This document shows, in pieces, positions 24,449 through 33,900 of a stretch of DNA of 39,747 bases (position 1 is its first letter; every line of letters begins with the position of its first letter). The position numbers were made by a program, and so were the translations under genes. The notes under the pieces are model-generated. The model worked only from the letters and a program-made list of their open reading frames with translations. It made no database searches and was not told the origin of the DNA. The stretch comes from Octopus bimaculoides (taxonomy: Eukaryota): the NCBI RefSeq assembly GCF_001194135.2, contig NC_068983.1:29648711-29688457 (forward strand), written 5' to 3'.

Positions 24449-26964
24449 TGTGTGTGTGTGTGTGTATGTGTGTGTGTGTGTGTGTGCGTGCATGCGTATG
24501 TGTGTGCGCTAATATTTCACATCTAATTATGTGCAATACTGTACATCTATATAGTAATTCGTCCATCAGTATTTCAGCGAGTACGTTGAGGTCTAATGCT
24601 TCATTGAGTTGGTCTAATAAAGCGGGTCTGGAGTTATCTCCCATGCTTGCTAAAATAATTAGCATAATAATAGTCATTGGCACTAACTTAGCTTTTTTGA
24701 ATTTATTTCGCAAGAAGCTTAACCTGAAACTGGTTGTTGAAATCCATATTGTATGTAATACATCGGGAGGATCACACAACCAATAACCACATGAATTTGT
24801 TGTGGTTCATTTCAGTTTTAGATATACTGTCAAAATTTTTTCAGCACACAACTGAACTTTTAGACTGAAGTGAACCATAACCAGTGCGTGTATTTATTGA
24901 CAGTATGACCCTCCCTGAGTACAACAATGCTAATCTAATTATTTCAGGGATATACTGGTGTATAGACAATTGAGAGGTGAGGAACCTTGATGGCTTAATA
25001 ACACACCTTCGTCAGAGCTTTCCACTTCGGCATCCGATTCTTCTTGATCTACTTGATCGTCTTCGAACCTTTGCGTGTCAAATCCATCTGGTACACGTAA
25101 TATACCAACACCATAATTCAGATCAAAGGCATCACTATACAAATGAAATATAATAAGCGAAATAAGATATAAATTATACATTTTATACATATGAGAGAGG
25201 GGGGATAAGCGAGGAAGCAGAAAAGACAAAGAAAAAGTCAATAGCATACAGAAAGAAAGGACGAAAGAAAGAGAAAGAGAAGGAAAGACAGAAGGAAAAA
25301 CAGGAAAACAGAGAGAGAGAGAGATAAAGATAAAGGCAGATACAAAGGATTTTACCATTTGTAAAGTCAAAGCTTCAAAACGCTAACAGACAGTCGTCTG
25401 CTGAGTATGACAGCCTAACTTCATGAGGAAACAAAAAAATATCAGGTGAATGTTAACATCGGGCTTCTCTTTCTCATATATATATATATATATATACTGA
25501 ACTGGCACTCCGTCGATTACGACGGCGAGGGTTCCAGTTGATCCGATCAACGGAACAGTTTGCTCGTGAAATTACCGTGCAAGTGGCTGAGCATTCCACA
25601 GATACGCGTACCCTTAACGTAGTTCACCGGGAACTTCAACGTGACACAGAAATGTGACAAGGCGGGCCCAATTTGAAATACAGGTGCTACTCATTTTTGC
25701 CAGCTGAGTAGACAGGAGCTAACGTGAAATAAAGTTTCTTGCTCAAGGACACAACACGTCGCTGGGAATTGAACTCACGACCTTACGATTGAGCCGAATG
25801 CCCTAACCACTAAGCTACGCGCCTATATATATATGTATATATATATATATATATNNNNNNNNNNNNNNNGGGGGGTTGCATGATTGTGTGAATAGAGGAA
25901 TATATTATTTTGTTTAAAAGAGTTCCAACACTGTCTGCTTTTTATGTTTTATTTATATTCCTGCAAAACCAATGTGGGATATAGAATATGGAATATACAA
26001 TATATAATATAATATACAATATATAATATAAAATAAAAATGGATGGTACTATGAAATAAAGTATTGAATGTCTTAATGAATTTATGGAATATGTCTTATT
26101 GAATAGATGAAATATTGAGTGTTCAATATAAAGGATTAAATATATAAAATATATAAAATATATAAATATATATATATATATATAAATATATATATATATA
26201 ACAAAAATAAGCTAAGAGAAATAGCTCCGAATGCCCAGTGACATGTATTTGATCAACATAGACAAATACAGGAATATCAAATACATCATAAATTCTCGAT
26301 TTATTAGAATTATTTCTGCCCCTAAAGGAATCGTCATAATTAAAGAAAATCAAGTAAGACCAGCTCCATATCCGAAAGGGAGAGAATTGCATAAATGCTG
26401 TTAATGAAAAGGGCAGGTTTATTGTCCGGAGATAAGAGACTGTCGTGGACATGATTCTGGTTCGATGTGTCTCGTTCAGTGTTGATGAGAGACAATGAGA
26501 TGAGGACAAGAAAGATGGGGAAACAAATGGCAAATTGTTGTCGATGTTAAAACCCAAAAAGATAAAAATTCGGAGAATAGACAGGATAAAATTTAAAATG
26601 TGTCCACTGTGAAGAAATCTCTTATCTGCTTTCTTTCCTAGCAGGGAAATATTTCCCCATGGCCAGAAAGGTTTTTCACAGAAGATTGGAAATGGACTAC
26701 ATCGCTAGTATGACGACGGTGCTCATTTACAACCATCAAGTGATGTCTAGACAAAGGTGCACACAGACACAAGTATAGATAAACACACACACATACACAT
26801 GACAGGCTTCTTTCACTTTCCATCTACCATATCCACTCACAATGCTTTGGTTGTCTTAGGGTCTTAGTAGGGAATACTTGCACACGGTGCCGCGAATTGA
26901 GTTACAGACCATATGGTCGGGAAGCAAGCTTTCTTAATTCCAGTCATCTCTCTCTCTCTCTCAT

Positions 26965-27004
<40 letters not shown>

Positions 27005-30000
27005 GTGTAAAATGTATGTATAAACAAACTAATATATGATAAAACATTACTATATACTCACTGAATCACGTTAAAATAATCGTCGACATTTGATCCTGTA
27101 TCAGTTTGCCAATTTCTTTTAAAACCCATTAGCATGGTGTTGGGTTTCAGTTTTCCTAAACCGTTTATCTAAAAACAAGAACAGCAGCATTAATAAATTT
27201 CTAGTATTGCTAAGTGGCCAGATATTGGCGCCCGAGAGAGCGAGAGGTAGGGATGGTTGATTAGATGGGTTTTAGTACATTTCTGGTGCTTTCCTTATTG
27301 ACCCTCGAAGGGTTGGTTGAAAGGCAAAGTGAACCAAGGTCTATTTTCCTCCATAGCAACTGTTCAAGGTTCACTTCTTTAAGGTTCAGTTCTCATACAC
27401 AGAATCATGCATTCCTTTCCATCACTGATATCTATGGAGCCAGCCTAATTGAAAATAGCAGTCAACTGTCCATCTACTCGAACTCATCTTAAATAAAGAA
27501 GGTGCATATACAATCCAGTGTTTGGTGTTCGAAAAGAGTACAGTCACAGTTGTAACATCTTTGATTTAAGGTGCTCTCATGAGGATTAGCCTGAGCCGAA
27601 ACAACAAATACACCATGACTTAATGGCCTTCAGATTAGCTAATGACACTGGTTGAAAAAAACGAATGTATCTTTTATGATTGAAATAGAACAGTGGAGTA
27701 GCTTGAGTGTGTGCCGCTCGGAGCTGGCTGCCCTTGAGTTTTCACCCACCCCCAACTTGATTCCCTAGTTTATACAGATTTATACAGTAGACCCGAAAGT
27801 GCCGCGCTCATAAAAGTGTCGCTTGTTGCAGACCGTAATTTCTGCCTCATTCAGCTGCTTTTGGAACAAAAGTATTTTTCTTGAGAACTAGACAGCTGAA
27901 GAAAAAATTATTTTGTCACCGACCAGATAGAATGATCAATTGCAGTGTAAAATACGTTTAAAATTTCCCCGAAACACCATACAAACGAAAGAGAAATCTT
28001 AACAATTAATTTCAGTTTTTTTTTACATCGTTTATTACAGGTACAGGACTATAAATACTTTTTACATAAAAAAAAAATCGTCATATGCACGATGAACAGC
28101 AAGACGATTTATTATCGATTGACAGATATCAGCACAGATCAGCGAACAGTTTGTTTGCTAAAGTTATAAACAAGAGCATCAGCTTTTCTTAGATTCATTG
28201 GTCCTAGGGTTCTACTGGCTGACGAGAAACAACGATGTCAAAACACCAGGCGTCCCAGAATCCCTTGTGCTAATGAATCGAGTGTTATCAATACATATTC
28301 ATCATAAAGAAGTTGTTCTACGATGAAATACAACAGCAATGAACATATTCACGTTCGAACTCGGTGGAATATATCAAGAATAAATATGCAAGTTATCGGT
28401 ACTTTTTATACTATAGAAAAATATTACAGAGATGTACTTGCACATCAAGTGTCTTGATCTGAGATCTTGAGCTGAAGCAAAAACAATTGCAGCGTGGAAG
28501 GAGATTATAAGCCATTTAAAAACACACTAAAACCATTAGAGTCACTTCAACATTTAGATTGAATTTGTCAAAATATTTTCGTCGCTTTAAAACCGAGACC
28601 TGTTCACTGACAAAATTCCGTACTGCATCTGATAAAAAAATAATAATGTACCTAAAAAGGTTATAATTTACCTGTAAAAGATTCTGTGCACCAACTCGAA
28701 AGTTTATTGAGCATACTCTACTATAAAAAGCTTTTATTTTCCTATTCTTGAACCAGGAATAAACAGATTCCGACCCCAGGTGTTTCTTGTGTTTTGCAAC
28801 GTCTCCCTGAAAAAAAAATAATACTTTAAAATTCTAAAAAGCCGTATTTTAAATTACTCACTTTCCAGAAAATATTTGACAATTAATATGAAATGTGATT
28901 CTTTCCCGCCCCAACTCTATTTGGTATATTATATAGGCTCATGCATAGATGTGTGGTTAAGAAGTTCGTTTTACAACCACATGGCTTTGGGTTCAATCGC
29001 AGTGCGTGACATCTTGGGCAAGTGTCTTCTACCAAAATCCCAAACCCCCGGATAGACCGAAGCCTTGTGAGTGGATATGGTAAACAGAAACTGAAAACGA
29101 AGCACATCGTGTGTCCGCGTATATGTGTGTATACATGCACGCATATGTATAGGTAAGTATCTTTCTCATGACATCACATGATAATTGTAAGTACCATCAC
29201 TATACAAGTGATATCGACTGTTTTCAGTTTGCCTTGAAAATATATCCAGACAAGGAGAAATATTACTTTATATGGAAACAGGTGGGAGTAGGCGACAGAA
29301 GGGGCCATGTCTGGTTGTAGAAAATCTACTTCTACAAATTCTGTCTGACCCATACAGGTTTACAAAAGTGGTCGTCTAAACGAGGCGCACGCATAAACAT
29401 TGTGAAGAGGTGCGTTCTATAACCTTGTGAATCCGGGTTTAACCCTATTGCGTGACACCTCGAGAAGGCGTGACTGGCTGCAGTTTTGATCAAGCTAATC
29501 ATACTCACTGCAGATCATACTTTCCCGAGTTGGCGACTGGAAGGACATCTAACCGCAGAAAATTTGCATCAATAAAGTGTGCCCGAGTTATGCAAGTATG
29601 GAAAAGTAGACATTAAAACGATGACGATGAATTCATTTATGGAGGGGATAATAGTGTGATCAAACCTGAATTTACGTGGATATGGAGAGAACTTCTTCAC
29701 AAACATGTCAATCATATCAACCCCAGTACTAGTTTCAGTGTGGTACTTATTTATCAATATTTATTTGTCGGATGGCTAAGTTACCTTTTTGACTCATATG
29801 AACATAACTTGTACGTCAGTGGAATTTTTAGCAGACAGAAACTGCGGGGAAAATGTGTTGTAAATTATATTGTGTGTGCATGCACTTATCTTTATGTTTT
29901 AGTGTAAACTCATTATTATCAAGATTTTGGTCTTAAGAAAACCGAACGAAAAGGAAAATTAATAAGGGGGAGGAAAGAAAGAAAGAAAGAAAGAAAGAAA

Positions 30001-30884
30001 CTAAGAAACGGAGGAAAGCGATGAAAAGGAGAAAGATAAGAAAAAAAATGATTACCAGGAAAATTTGTCCGCATATAAGCAAGCAGCTTCGTTTAGTGAT
30101 AGATGCTGCGAAATCCACCAGATCTGGTCTGTTTTTAGGGTAGCCACACAACAATAAAATTTGAGGCCTGAAAAATAAAATTCATAACGTATCAATTTCT
30201 AAAGTTAATTTGAAAATACATCACGGACCGTACCCGGCATAGTTACGAGATGCCTTTTGGCAAGGCATAGAACCCGTTCATCCACCCTGTCAGGGATAAG
30301 GCAATGTCATGGGACTGTAGCATGGCGGACTGCAGCATAACGAAGCATTTTCTAAACTTATTTTTAAGGCTTTTAAGATAACTGATCCATTCTGAGAAAT
30401 AATATATTGTGTAAACACTTCAGCGTATAATTTGTCTCTTTACAGAGCTGAAATAAAACCAATAATGAAGTACTGCTCCAATATTCGAAACACAAACATC
30501 TCATGGTATGATAGATAAATAATGCCACTTGATTAATTGGCAAGTTATCACTGACCAACTCACAGCTTGTGTCTCATCAATCTGCATTTCCTACGTTTCT
30601 ACTATAGCATTTGTTTCTCATGGCTAGCTGCTTGCATTCTTCATCCATCTAATTCCATCTAACATACTTGTCATTCTTTTACTCCTCACCCACGACCTCA
30701 AAATTAAGTCACTTGACAAATCTGAAATTCCGTTTTTCATTCAAGAAAGAAAACTTTTACACTCACCGGAAGTTCTTAACGTGTTCCTCAACATGAGCCA
30801 GTTTCTGCGTCGATGCCAATGCATTCTTGTAGGCATGAGCCTGTGAAGAAGATCCCCAGTTGACTTCTATAATAATGACGACAA

Positions 30885-30940
<56 letters not shown>

Positions 30941-33900
30941 CCTTTCTATCATAGGCACAAAACCTGAAGTTTTAGGGGAGGGTACTAGTCGATAAAATCG
31001 ACCCCAGAGTTTCACTGGTACATAATTTATCGACTTCGAGAGGATGAAAAGCAAAGTCGACCTCGGCGGAACTTGAACTCAGAATGTAGCAACGGGCTAA
31101 ATACCACTAAGCATTTCGTCCAGTATGCTAACGATTCTGCCAGCTCGCCGCCTTAATAATAACAATAATAATGAATTGAAGCAAAGGTTGATTTTCATAC
31201 GCATGCATACACACAACTCACATACACTTCCACGCACGCACTTACGCTTGTACGAAGCTGATGATTCACCCCAGCCATTGCTTAGTCTTAGGTAAACCCT
31301 AATCGACCAATCCTACGATCAATGGCTTTCCAGCAGTGACCATCCCCCCTTATTCAGACATAATGTATCCAGAATTATATTATCCATTTTTAAAACACTA
31401 GAGAGTGATATGAAAGATTTATCTTTTATTTCTAACAGGACAAATACCAGACCAGCATAAATGTCCCTTTGTTTGTGTGGTGTTACATGTGGTGTTATGG
31501 GCTGTGATGTGCTATGTGGTGTTGGTGGAGAAGGATTGCAGATGAAGCAAACGGAAGTGAAGACTGCAGGGGCCGGCGGAAGTGGCCACAGGCGGATGCG
31601 TGGACAGGGAGCACGTGCAGGTAGTTCGAGCAGAAACGGCGTGCGTAGAAGTCGTGGTTTGATCTGGAGTGATCGTTTATCCTGCCACGGTCGACAAGAT
31701 AAGGTCGCTGTATTTCTTTCTCCCTTTTGCTTCTTCTTGTCTTTTTCTTCCATCACACCACAGTTTGGGTGGTGGTGGTTGACCTAGGATAACATTATCC
31801 AATGTGTACTTTTATATTGAGACAATACAATGTACAAAGGAGGTTTTCAAACGCGAGAGACAAAGTAGTTTGAGGAGGAAGGAAAAATAAAGCTGTCCCA
31901 GATCTGACTCTACGTATAACACGCTGCAGACAGTCAAATGGATGAAAAAGGTGAATGACAGCAACCGTCTCAATCAGAGGTCACTAGTTTGATTGAAACA
32001 AAGGGGTTATCTTTCTCGATAACGTATAACACTATAATGTGTTTCCATAGATCGGGATAGATTCCGGTTGAGTAAGAAAGAAAGAATTTGGTCCTGCTAG
32101 GTGTTAGATTCAAGGAACATTGTTTGCGATAATGAAGAGACAACGTTATGTCTAGTTTCTTTGTTATATCTGGTTAATTGGTGTTATTTTTGTTTTGTCC
32201 ATATCAATCCTGATCGAGAGGACTTATGATTGAAGTCGTTCTAAGCATGGCGACCTGTTTATTTTCATATCAGGATAACAGTAGGATCGATGAAACCGTT
32301 TTTTTTTTTTTTATAACGGTAAAACGTGATTTGAGATACATTTGGTTGCTATTTCTAGAACTCCTTTTATTGACTTGTCTTTTGCTTGTTTCAGTCACTG
32401 CACTGCGGCCTTGCAGGGATACCACCTTAAAGGGTTCAATTGAATGAATACTAATTTTTTTGAAGTCTAGAACTTATTCCATCGGTTTCTTTGCCCGAAC
32501 CGCCAAGTTACGGACACACACACACACAAACACACACACAATGATGAACTTCCATAGAGCTTCCATCCACCAAAAACATTCATAAGGCAGTCGTCGACTC
32601 GAGGATATTGTAGAAAAAGCCCACAATATCGTAAGAGAATAACGTTGAAGAATTGTTTAATATGGCATCTTTGTATTGAGAGTGGACTAGCAGGTGGAAT
32701 GAATAAGAGATTTAGGAAACGTTTTGATATGCCAAAAAAGAAAATGAAGTTAGGAAAAAAAAATATCTTTACCTGGTTTTTTCACGCGGATATAAATGAA
32801 AAGTCCGGCAGAAAGAACGAATGTGCTTAATGCTGCCCACCACTGAATTAAAAACATAATAAAGACACAGAGAAGCGCGCCTAGTAAACTGAGCCATTTG
32901 TTGAAATACTTGAAGGCTGGACGGAAACCTGTGAATTATAAAATGTTATGAATTTAATATCTCATTACGATTATATCTTCCCTCACACAAAAATATATGA
33001 ATATATTAAAATATTTCTTTCGAATTTTGGCTCTCAAGGTCAGCAATTTTCAAGGAAGAAGGTAAATTGATTACACTGGACCCAATACTTGACAAGTTCT
33101 TACTTCAGTTCTATATTTAAGAGATGAGGAATTATGTGCATTATTTACATTCAACAGATATTTGTCCTCATCTTGCTTGTTGTTAACACAACGTTTCGGC
33201 TGATATACCCTACAGCCTTCTTCAGGTGTCTTGGGGAAATTTCGAACCTGGGTTCTCATTCCTAAGGTATTTTTCAATGTTGTTGTTGTTATTATTGTTC
33301 AGGTTACTGCTTGGAATCGAACTAGGAATCTTGGGGTTAGTAGCCCGCGCTCTTAATCACTACGCCATATGCCCGTGGTCCATTAGGGAGTGAATTTTAG
33401 GGCTTATAAATCTAATATTTTTCTATCCTTCCTTAATACCGGTTCCCATATGCTGCTCATATCTGCACTTGGTCTGCTTAGAAGGTTGTTGTGTCCTAGC
33501 ATATGTGCTGCTGCTTTTAATTTTCGTATTTTCCAGTAGTATTCTCTGTCTATTATTTTAACTTCATACCACAGGGGGAGGTGGTCTCCATTTTTCCATA
33601 CAAGATCAGCTATACCCGATTTATCAATATCTCTTTGTGTCACAGCTTTGCGATGTTCGATTACCCTTATTTTGAGGGGGCGACATGTTTCGCCTTTGTA
33701 TAACCTACCACAGCTGCATGGGATGGAGTACACGCAATACTTGGTCATATTCTCTTCTATTGGTGGTTTTACCCGAAGGAGATATTTGCGAAATGTTGTA
33801 TTACTCTTAAAATAAGTGCTTATTTATTTTATCGACCTGAAAGGTTCAAAGGCAATTGAAATCAGAACGTAAAGCCTTATGAACATATTGAAATATTAGA

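Noticed and set aside
25135-25370. N-terminal extension of ORF 24939-25370
   Set aside because: It is a low-complexity pyrimidine-rich intron; the true exon starts at the AG at 25136-25135.
33301-33374. tRNA gene (anticodon ACT)
   Set aside because: The acceptor stem does not pair and the unit is embedded in a retroelement, so it is treated as a tRNA-like module. SINE heads elsewhere were rejected as tRNA genes for similar reasons.
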